From Candidatus Moraniibacteriota bacterium (GTDB taxonomy: Bacteria > Patescibacteriota > Minisyncoccia > Moranbacterales > UBA1568), in NCBI GenBank assembly GCA_008012175.1, contig SSEF01000001.1, positions 25,061 to 89,060 of the forward strand: a DNA stretch of 64,000 bases, read 5' to 3'. Positions 18,977 to 26,438 of the stretch are shown in pieces; the first letter of the stretch is position 1; every line of letters begins with the position of its first letter. The translations under genes and the position numbers were made by a program. The notes under the pieces were generated by a model that was given only the letters and a program-made list of their open reading frames with translations, had not been told where the DNA came from and ran no database searches.

Positions 18977-19294
18977 TTACTTGAATTCGTAGAGGACGGA
19001 ACGGAAGTTCATGATTCGGTCGTTGATATCCAGCTGGATATTTTCTTTTTTGTAGAGTTTCATGCGTTCAGCGCGGTGCCGGTCGTCGATCCAGATGCGG
19101 CCGTCAGCGTAGACGATGCGGTGAAAGGGTATGGCTTTCTCCCCATTGCCCCAGGCTTTGGATAGGATGCTGGTGATCGATTGCGAGGCCATCGGTCCGC
19201 CGCCGGCAGCCCGAGCGATCCGGCCATAGGTCGTCACGTGACCGGCTGGGATGGAGAGTGCAAGACGCACCACTCGTTCGCTGAAGATTTGCAT
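18977..19294 (-). CDS. Alkyltransferase-like protein (MGMT/Ogt DNA-binding domain with active-site Cys replaced by Phe)
   Basis: IPAGHVTTYGRIA...PFHRIV corresponds to the MGMT HTH and the PCHR active-site motif, with Cys replaced by Phe. Confidence 0.6.
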   Translation of the reverse strand: MQIFSERVVRLALSIPAGHVTTYGRIARAAGGGPMASQSITSILSKAWGNGEKAIPFHRIVYADGRIWIDDRHRAERMKLYKKENIQLDINDRIMNFRSVLYEFK

Positions 19295-19351
19295 AATGTG
19301 CTGTCCCTGTGGGACGAAGTTGGAACCAAATTATTACAAGAAGACGCCTAG

Positions 19352-20125
19352 CTACTTTGAGAAACTATCTATCCAGTTAAGAAATAGACCTTTTATCTCT
19401 TCCAAGTGTCCTTGCTCTCGGAATGTATGGGATGCTCCTTTGATAATGTGTAATTTTTTGCTTCCAGGCAGCTTATCAAAAAAAATCTGTTGATGTTTTG
19501 GTGGTGTACTTGTGTCGCTTTCTCCGACAATAAGTAACACTGGCATCATAAGTTTATCCGCATTTTCCAAGAGATCATACCTCAAGCGATCTTCCATAAA
19601 AGACCATTTCAACTTTTTCATTACCCCTGGTTTTGATCTACTCTCACTGATGCGATATCCGGTTTCCTTCCACTTTTTGAGTTCTTCTCGGGTATATGTT
19701 TCGAGTAGCAAAGAGTTTGAAACAACAGTAGAGATAGGAGCCAGAGCTAACACCTTCTCTGGATATTGTTCTGAAAACAAAGCCGCGCAAAGTCCCCCGA
19801 GACTATGACCAGCAAGGACAAAAGGCTCCTGATACCATTGTTGATCTGCTGACCAGTGAAGGACGTCTTCTAAGTCTTCGTAATAGTTTGATACGGTGGC
19901 ATCTTCGTAATTCCCGTCACTTTCTCCAAGAGTATTTGTGGTATCAAACCGTACAACCGTAAATCCTTTCTCTTTGAACGCCTGAGCAAATGTTGCGATA
20001 TGAAGTTGTTCTTTAAATCCACCGAGTCCATGCATCACAAAAGCCAATCCTGTCTGATTGTCAGTTTTTTCGACGATCACCGAAATATTTTGACCGTTGC
20101 GGTTTTTAATAAAAAGTTTTTGCAT
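19352..20125 (-). CDS. Alpha/beta-hydrolase fold protein (serine hydrolase, GHSLGG nucleophile elbow)
   Basis: FVMHGLGG...LAGHSLGG...GESD..HIIKGASH catalytic-triad layout. Clearly lower GC (about 42 percent) than the flanks. Confidence 0.8.
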   Translation of the reverse strand: MQKLFIKNRNGQNISVIVEKTDNQTGLAFVMHGLGGFKEQLHIATFAQAFKEKGFTVVRFDTTNTLGESDGNYEDATVSNYYEDLEDVLHWSADQQWYQEPFVLAGHSLGGLCAALFSEQYPEKVLALAPISTVVSNSLLLETYTREELKKWKETGYRISESRSKPGVMKKLKWSFMEDRLRYDLLENADKLMMPVLLIVGESDTSTPPKHQQIFFDKLPGSKKLHIIKGASHTFREQGHLEEIKGLFLNWIDSFSK

Positions 20126-20161
20126 AAAGCATTGGCTGAACTTATGGGACGACGTTGGAGC

Positions 20162-20578
20162 CTATTTTAACCAATCAGGGGCCGTCTTTTCGGAAATTGA
20201 AGCATCAAATTCGTGGTAGTTATTGGTGAGTTCTTCACCGGGCTTAATCTCTCGGTTAGCAATGAAGTGTGGTTCTGGAGAAATAGCGATATCCATTACA
20301 ACACTGAGACTATGGTTTTTGGCATCATGGTTTGTATAGAGTGCCGGATCATTCTCCGGTGGAAAGATATACTGATGTGAGGCCAAGGAAAGATAAGCCA
20401 CTTTTTCCATGTACTCTTTTTCTTTCGTATTGAGATTTTCATATTCATTTTGTGAGAGGCTTCTGTCATGTTTTGGGACATACTTCCAAACAACAGCACC
20501 TTTAGGAATTTTCCCCACAGAAAAAACGCCTTTACCTTCAACGGCTGATTCTGCAACAGTGACAGGAAACAAGTACAT
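20162..20578 (-). CDS. SET-domain protein (putative protein-lysine methyltransferase)
   Basis: GKGVFSVGKIPKGAVV (SET N-region), YTNHDAKNHSL (NHSC-like) and IKPGEELTNNY (ELxxxY) motifs. Low GC. Start trimmed to ATG 20578 so it does not overlap the tRNA. Confidence 0.65.
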   Translation of the reverse strand: MYLFPVTVAESAVEGKGVFSVGKIPKGAVVWKYVPKHDRSLSQNEYENLNTKEKEYMEKVAYLSLASHQYIFPPENDPALYTNHDAKNHSLSVVMDIAISPEPHFIANREIKPGEELTNNYHEFDASISEKTAPDWLK

Positions 20579-20588
20579 AATTTTTGTG

Positions 20589-20660
20589 CTGGGGAGGATG
20601 GGATCGAACCATCGCATGGAGGCTTCAAAGGCCCCTGCCTTACCGCTTGGCTACTCCCCA
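20589..20660 (-). tRNA. tRNA-Gln (anticodon UUG)
   Basis: Reverse complement reads TGGGGAGTA-GCCAAGCGGTAAGGC-A-GGGGC-CTTTGAA-GCCTC-CATGC-GATGG-TTCGATC-CCATC-CTCCCCA-G. Cloverleaf with U1-A72, 3-bp D stem, anticodon loop CUUUGAA and T-loop TTCGATC. Closely resembles bacterial tRNA-Gln. CCA is not encoded. Confidence 0.85.
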
Positions 20661-20663
20661 AGG

Positions 20664-22295
20664 CTAGTTTGTTTCGGTCACGAGCTGGCCGCCGAGCATC
20701 TGGATAGCCTCGTCGATAATGGCGGGGCGTTCCGCCTGGGCCAGAGGGGCTTCGGCCGATGCTTCTTTCTCGGTGAAGATCCCCCAGGGCGTACGAAACC
20801 CCAAGATGGTAACAAAAGCCTGGTCGAGCGTCAATCGATTCGCCTCCTGCATGAGCCGCTCTTTGTGAAAAGGGTATTTCACCTGGAGCATGAGCCGGTT
20901 TCCCCTGATGACGGGGGTCGCAGTGGAGAGCGCGACGCCGAGAGAGGCGTTCAACCGGAGGGCATGCGTCTTTACGGCTGACCACTGGCGGAGCGCGAGG
21001 CCGAGGTCGACAGGCGCGTCAGCTGCGATCGGTTCCGAATCTGCTGCGGCCGACGCTCTGACGGGATCGACGGACACGGATTTTTTTGGTTCGACGGCCG
21101 GGGCAGTCGGGCGCTCGGATGGGGTTGGATCGGATGGTTTTTCAGCAGGGGAAGAAGAGGGCGGCGTAGATTTTGGCACGCTGACCGGCGGAGTAGCCGA
21201 TGTCCGATCGTTCTGAATCAGCTTCACGAGCGCGATCTCAATCGGGAGTTCGGGTAATGGCGAGACTTTTATCAGGCGATCGGCTTCCTGGAAGCGCTCG
21301 AGACACTCCACGATGCGCGGGGCGCCGAGGGATGCTGCGAGGGCGAAGAGGTCAGTCTTCTCTTCCACTGTGAAATCATCGATCAGCTTTTCAGCAGCGG
21401 TCCGGTCAACAGCGGCAAACAAGAGTTTGCGGCAGTATTCGAGGAGCGACAAGGCAAAACCGGAGAACTGAGCACCGGTGTCCCGGAGTTCAGCGATCAC
21501 CGAAAAAGCGCGCGTTATGTCGCGTTCGGCTATAGCGGCGAGGAGTGCGTGATTTTTAGTCACTGTAGTTGTACCAAGGAGGAGCGCGACTCGCTCGGCA
21601 TCGATAGGGGATTCCTCGAGTGTTGCGATCTGAGTGAAGAGGATTTCGGCATCGCGCATACCGCCTTGGGCCGTACGGGCGATTGAAGTGAGTGCGTCCT
21701 TCTCGACCTTCAATTTTTCGGCTTTAGCGATCTTCTCGAGCTTGGCGATGATCATATCGACAGGGAAACGCCGGAGGTCGTGCCGGAGCCTCCGTGAGAG
21801 TATGGTCTCGGGGACTTTCGCAGCATTGGTCGTGGCGAGGATGAAGACAACATGCGCTGGCGGCTCCTCGAGCGTTTTCAAGAGGGCGTTCCAGGCACCG
21901 ATCGAAAGCATATGGGCCTCATCGATGATATAGACTTTATGGCTCCCCAGGACGGGGGCGCTCGTCACAGTCTCGCGGAGCTCGCGGATATTGTCGACAC
22001 CGGTATGTGAGGCGGCATCGATCTCGATGACATCGAGCGAACGGCCATCGACAAAAGCAATGCAGTGGTCGCATTTCCCGCAAGGCTCGAACCCTTTTCG
22101 TTTTGAGCAATTGAGGGCTTTAGCAAAGAGCCGGGCGAGCGTGGTCTTTCCGGTGCCGCGCGGCCCAGTGAAAAGATAGGCGTGGGCAAGCTTTCCTGTC
22201 ACGAGGCTCTGGGTCAGGACGGTTACCGCAGTTTCTTGGCCTATGACATCTTTGAATTGAAACGGCCGGTATTTTCGATAGAATGTTTCAGACAT
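20664..22295 (-). CDS. dnaX: DNA polymerase III subunit gamma/tau
   Basis: YRPFQFKDVIGQE...LFTGPRGTGKTTLARLFAKALNC...CGKCDHC and the downstream clamp-loader boxes. Confidence 0.9.
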   Translation of the reverse strand: MSETFYRKYRPFQFKDVIGQETAVTVLTQSLVTGKLAHAYLFTGPRGTGKTTLARLFAKALNCSKRKGFEPCGKCDHCIAFVDGRSLDVIEIDAASHTGVDNIRELRETVTSAPVLGSHKVYIIDEAHMLSIGAWNALLKTLEEPPAHVVFILATTNAAKVPETILSRRLRHDLRRFPVDMIIAKLEKIAKAEKLKVEKDALTSIARTAQGGMRDAEILFTQIATLEESPIDAERVALLLGTTTVTKNHALLAAIAERDITRAFSVIAELRDTGAQFSGFALSLLEYCRKLLFAAVDRTAAEKLIDDFTVEEKTDLFALAASLGAPRIVECLERFQEADRLIKVSPLPELPIEIALVKLIQNDRTSATPPVSVPKSTPPSSSPAEKPSDPTPSERPTAPAVEPKKSVSVDPVRASAAADSEPIAADAPVDLGLALRQWSAVKTHALRLNASLGVALSTATPVIRGNRLMLQVKYPFHKERLMQEANRLTLDQAFVTILGFRTPWGIFTEKEASAEAPLAQAERPAIIDEAIQMLGGQLVTETN

Positions 22296-22345
22296 AGGAG
22301 ACGGGGAAAATCAAAGCAACGCCTCTCATTATACCGGTTCTTTTC

Positions 22346-22378
22346 AAGCAAAACAAAACCCCGCTTGCCTGGAGCGGG
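22346..22378 (-). terminator. Intrinsic terminator following the gtrA-like gene (minus strand)
   Basis: Minus strand: CCCCGCTCCAGGCAAGCGGGG followed by TTTTGTTTTG. Confidence 0.6.
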
Positions 22379-22392
22379 GAGGAGGTGGGGGG

Positions 22393-22872
22393 CTACTTCT
22401 TGAAAACGAAAAGCTTGTAGCCGACAAAGTTCCAGACGAGCGAAAATCCGGTTGCAAGAAGTTTGGCAACGACAACCCAATTTTCCGCCGACAAGCCGAA
22501 CATCGGCTGAGTGAAGGTTGTAATAACGTAGACGACACCGCTGTTGATGCTGATCCCAATCAGGCTGACAGCGAAGAATTGTGAGAATTTGAATGGCTCC
22601 TTCTCGCTCCGGGTCTTATCCTCGAAGGTCCAGAGCTTGTTCATGAAATAGCTGTTCACGACAGCTACCGAAAATGAAACAGCATTCAGTACGACGATTC
22701 CAATGCCACCGGTGATGCCGGTGACGCCAACAAGGATGCGAAGGATCACAACATCGATACCGGTATTGATTCCGCCGACGATGATGAATTTTGAAAATTG
22801 CTTTATTGTCCGAAAAAACCAGGCCTTCGAGAATCGCGCAACTTCAGGGCTCGGAACGGGATTAATGTCCAT
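22393..22872 (-). CDS. GtrA-family polysaccharide-synthesis membrane protein
   Basis: Four TM helices, FSKFIIVGGINTGIDVVIL and KLWTFEDK motifs of the GtrA family. Confidence 0.8.
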   Translation of the reverse strand: MDINPVPSPEVARFSKAWFFRTIKQFSKFIIVGGINTGIDVVILRILVGVTGITGGIGIVVLNAVSFSVAVVNSYFMNKLWTFEDKTRSEKEPFKFSQFFAVSLIGISINSGVVYVITTFTQPMFGLSAENWVVVAKLLATGFSLVWNFVGYKLFVFKK

Positions 22873-22913
22873 AAAACAGTATATTATTTCAATTGATGAA
22901 TGATTAACTGGCG

Positions 22914-23684
22914 CTAGCGGCCTTCAGAGATTTCCTTCTCGATTTTTTCCATGTCCTTTACCCAGGCATCGAGTGGAGAGAGATCGGCTGATAGAGGCAA
23001 CGGATCTCCACTGGCAGTAGCCGGGGCTATTCCTTCGTCGTGGGCGCCGTTTCCAGCGAGCTCCTTTTTCCAATCCGTATTGAGATGACGCTCAGCGGGC
23101 CGCTTGACGGGCGGTGGCGTTATTCCTAAAGCGCCCTTCTGGAGAATGTTTTCGATGGCAACCCAGGAAGCGGAGAGGTCGCGCGGCATTGTGACAGCCA
23201 CTTCATCACCCGGTTCAGCCCGGAAGTACGTGATGGACGCAAGCAAAACCCGAAAAGGTTCTCCCTCGACGACGATATGATAATTCCCGCTTTCATCTTG
23301 GCTGACGATGCCGATCGCGTGACGCCGTTCGATCGGGCCGATCTGCTTGTAGATGAACGATCCATCGGACGTGATGGTGAGCTTGAGCATGTCGCCCTCA
23401 ACGAGCTTGGATTTTGAGGCGTAGTTGGCGGGAACCGGATACTGCTTGCCATCAGTCCCCAGCATGATCTGGCCATCAAAAGTTCCTTCAACTACGGTTC
23501 CAGTACCGTCACTTTCGGATTTTTTTGGGCGACCAGTTTTTTTCTTTCCTTCCAGTTGGAGCAACATCGCCTTCGCCCCTTGTATGGTGCGCTCAGCATT
23601 CAAGACCATCTCGCGCAGCGCCTGGATCTTGGCAGTAGCATCAGGGGCGGGCTGAAAGTTCGGATCAGTTGAAACGTCAGACAT
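22914..23684 (-). CDS. Hypothetical protein (N-terminal coiled coil, central beta-rich domain, acidic C-terminus)
   Basis: Start set at MSDVSTDPNFQ (ATG 23684); the upstream extension is low complexity. No recognisable domain. Confidence 0.45.
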   Translation of the reverse strand: MSDVSTDPNFQPAPDATAKIQALREMVLNAERTIQGAKAMLLQLEGKKKTGRPKKSESDGTGTVVEGTFDGQIMLGTDGKQYPVPANYASKSKLVEGDMLKLTITSDGSFIYKQIGPIERRHAIGIVSQDESGNYHIVVEGEPFRVLLASITYFRAEPGDEVAVTMPRDLSASWVAIENILQKGALGITPPPVKRPAERHLNTDWKKELAGNGAHDEGIAPATASGDPLPLSADLSPLDAWVKDMEKIEKEISEGR

Positions 23685-23827
23685 ATTTTTTATGTTTGCT
23701 TTTTCTGAATTTTTTCTGCGGACCTTTCTGAAGAGAATTATACAGAATATGTCTGTCAATAGCAAACGTTCCGTAGAATGGATAAAAGCATGAATAAGCA
23801 ATAGTTTCTCTAAGTTATTTTCTACTC

Positions 23828-23857
23828 TTGACAAAATATAGTATTATGCGTTAATAT
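23828..23857 (+). promoter_or_regulatory. Candidate promoter: TTGACA, 17-nt spacer, TTAATA/TAATAT
   Basis: Perfect -35 hexamer in an AT-rich divergent intergenic region upstream of the HTH gene. Confidence 0.4.
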
Positions 23858-23893
23858 AAGTCGCTATCAAGTTTGTTAATTTTTGATGTTTTT

Positions 23894-24967
23894 ATGGCTG
23901 AAAGAAGGAGAACGATAAATCTCGATCATCTGTCAAGCGCCCGGACTGCCGGAAGTCTTTTGACCGTGCTACTTTCATCTTTCCCTGAGCGTTCAGGGGC
24001 GATCATTCGTGAACGTTACGGGATTGCTGATGGACGGGAAAAGACGTTGGAAGAGATCGGAAAGATCCATGGCGTGACGCGCGAGCGCGTTCGTCAGATC
24101 GTCGATGTCATTATGAAGCGCGTGAAAGAAATCATGGCACGCGAATACACACATCCGCTGGTCTCCGGTGTTACGGAATTGATCCGGTCTAGGGGCGGGA
24201 TTGTAACGATTGAAGATCTTCTTGCAGCGTTCGGTAAAGAGGATATTGCCGAGAGGAAGTCGCTCTCAGCGCTTTTGCCAGCCCTCCCGGGTATTGTGAT
24301 AGCCAAGGAAACGGTGAAACACAAAGACATTGTCACGGCAAAGGACTTTTCGATGGATGTTTGGGAAAGGATGATTGTCGCGATTGTGAAGATTCTCAAT
24401 GAGTTAGGAGATGTCCAGCCGCTCGACAACCTGTATTCTCTCTATACGAAGCGGGTAGCTACCCCCGATCTTTCTAAGGATGCCTTTGAGTCATTGATTG
24501 CGCCGTCGATAGAAATTGAGAAGAACGCCTTTGGTTACTATGGACTGTCGCACTGGAGTGCGGTGCGTCCGCGCGGGACGCGCGAGCGAGCCTACCTTAT
24601 CCTTCAGGTAATGAAGAAGCCGCTGCATTTTCGGGAGATTGCCCGTCTTATTGATGAACATGGCCTCTACAAGTCTGGCAAGAAGACGCATCCTCAGACG
24701 GTGCACAACGAGCTCATCAAGGATAAGCGTTTCGTGCTGGTTGGCCGCGGAACGTACGCTCTTTCCGATTGGGGCTTCCAGCCAGGGACCGTCCGCGAGG
24801 TGCTTTCGTCCATACTGAAAGAGCATGAGGCGCCGATGACGCGCGAAGAACTTCTTTCAGCGGTGATGAAAGTTCGCCAAGTGAAGCGCTCGACAGTGAT
24901 TATTAATCTCAATAGCTTTTTTTCGAAGGTGGGGAAGAACATCTACTCCCTGCGTGACGGGGCCTAG
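23894..24967 (+). CDS. Sigma-70 region-4-like HTH plus HARE-HTH domain protein
   Basis: TLEEIGKIHGVTRERVRQI resembles sigma-70 region 4. C-terminal LHFREIARLID...TVHNELIKDKRFVLVGRGTYAL resembles the HARE-HTH domain. The ORF track starts at TTG 23873; the first ATG is 23894. Confidence 0.6.
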   Translation: MAERRRTINLDHLSSARTAGSLLTVLLSSFPERSGAIIRERYGIADGREKTLEEIGKIHGVTRERVRQIVDVIMKRVKEIMAREYTHPLVSGVTELIRSRGGIVTIEDLLAAFGKEDIAERKSLSALLPALPGIVIAKETVKHKDIVTAKDFSMDVWERMIVAIVKILNELGDVQPLDNLYSLYTKRVATPDLSKDAFESLIAPSIEIEKNAFGYYGLSHWSAVRPRGTRERAYLILQVMKKPLHFREIARLIDEHGLYKSGKKTHPQTVHNELIKDKRFVLVGRGTYALSDWGFQPGTVREVLSSILKEHEAPMTREELLSAVMKVRQVKRSTVIINLNSFFSKVGKNIYSLRDGA

Positions 24968-25095
24968 CTGTTGAAATTCCTGTTGCATGCCCGGAGGCCG
25001 ATGCCTGGTGAAGTGACGGATTTGCTCCACGTGCAAAACTCTCTATACTGCAGGAAGGGGGCGAAGCCTTCCTTAAATGCTCGAAGCCTGTTTGG

Positions 25096-26373
25096 ATGTT
25101 GGAAATTTTTTATAATATGGCGACGATCGCGTCCGTAGCGGGCGATGTCTGGTTCTATATTATCCCGTTTGTTTTCTATCCGATCTTCATGCTGCTCTGG
25201 TTGGATAGTCGGAACGAGAAATTTGGCAGTAAGATCGAATGGGTTCTACTCGAGATCATCCCACCCAAGGAACTCGAGAAGAGTCCGCACCCGATGGAGC
25301 TTATCTATTCGGGGTTTGCTGGAGTGATCAAGACATCGAGTACATTTGAAGAGTATGTTCTGGGGGAATATCCAGCGAAATTTTGCCTTGAACTCGTAAG
25401 CACCGAAGGAAAAGTGCACATGTATATCCGGACCCAGAAGCAGTTCCGGAATCTTGTTGAGGCGCATTTTTACGCTCAGTATCCAAATGTTGAGCTCATT
25501 GAGGCGGAAGACTATACATCGGGAGTGCCGCGGACTTTGCCGAATAGGGATTGGGATCTCTGGGGGACGGAATTTAAGCTGTTCAAACCCGATCTTTATC
25601 CGATCCGGACGTATAAGTTTTTCGAAGAATCTGTAACCGGAAAAATGCTCGATCCGTTGGCTGGGCTTATAGAGACGATGGGGAAGCTCGGGCCGGGCCA
25701 GCATCTCTGGCTTCAGTTTCTTGCAACTCCGATAAAGGAGGACTGGGGCGCGAAGAGCGGGCAGTCGACGATCGAAGAGTTTCTTGGCCATGAGGAGGTG
25801 GAGAGGCCGGGAATGCTCGCTCGCCTCTGGCATGATCTAGCGGACGTTTTTCGTAATCTTTTTACCGGCCTCCTTGGAAAGGAACTCGAATGGACCAGTC
25901 TCGCCGAAGCTGCCAAAGCGGAAGAGCAGCCGGTAGAGTTCCGGCTTACACCAGGGCAGAAGGATATTCTGAAGGCGCTCGAAAGCAATATCGGCAAACC
26001 GATGTTCAGGATCAAGATGCGCCATCTCTATATCGGGAAAAAGGAGCATTTTTCCAAAGCGGTCGGTGTCTCGGCTTTCATCGGCGGTATAAAGCAGTTC
26101 AATGATCTTTCAATGAACAGCATGGTACCAGACGATTTTAGCAAGACATACGCCAGTTACATTTTCGTCGAGCCGCGGCTTCGGTATCGTCAGCGGAGGA
26201 TTTTCCGCCGCTATATCACTCGTGATTCTGAGCCGGGAGAAAATTGTTTTCTGCTCTCTTCCGAGGAGCTCGCGACGATTTTCCATCTGCCGGACATGCA
26301 GGTGCTCGCTCCATCGCTTTCGCGAGTGGCAACGAAGCGGGGTGGTGCGCCTGGTAATTTGCCGGTACAATAA
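25096..26373 (+). CDS. Membrane protein (two N-terminal TM helices plus large soluble domain), partner of the downstream ATPase
   Basis: MLEIFYNMATIASVAGDVWFYIIPFVFYPIFMLLWL, then a 350-aa hydrophilic domain. No recognisable catalytic motif. Confidence 0.5.
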   Translation: MLEIFYNMATIASVAGDVWFYIIPFVFYPIFMLLWLDSRNEKFGSKIEWVLLEIIPPKELEKSPHPMELIYSGFAGVIKTSSTFEEYVLGEYPAKFCLELVSTEGKVHMYIRTQKQFRNLVEAHFYAQYPNVELIEAEDYTSGVPRTLPNRDWDLWGTEFKLFKPDLYPIRTYKFFEESVTGKMLDPLAGLIETMGKLGPGQHLWLQFLATPIKEDWGAKSGQSTIEEFLGHEEVERPGMLARLWHDLADVFRNLFTGLLGKELEWTSLAEAAKAEEQPVEFRLTPGQKDILKALESNIGKPMFRIKMRHLYIGKKEHFSKAVGVSAFIGGIKQFNDLSMNSMVPDDFSKTYASYIFVEPRLRYRQRRIFRRYITRDSEPGENCFLLSSEELATIFHLPDMQVLAPSLSRVATKRGGAPGNLPVQ

Positions 26374-26438
26374 TGAACGTCTTTATCTCAACAGAACAAA
26401 TGGACAGGTTCTCTCCTTGCTAAAGATCGGCGCATCGT

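Noticed and set aside
20296-20985. 229-aa minus-strand ORF and the 190-aa plus-strand ORF 20409-20981 spanning tRNA-Gln and the dnaX 3' end
   Set aside because: They run through a well-folded tRNA gene and overlap dnaX in alternative frames. Composition-driven artefacts.
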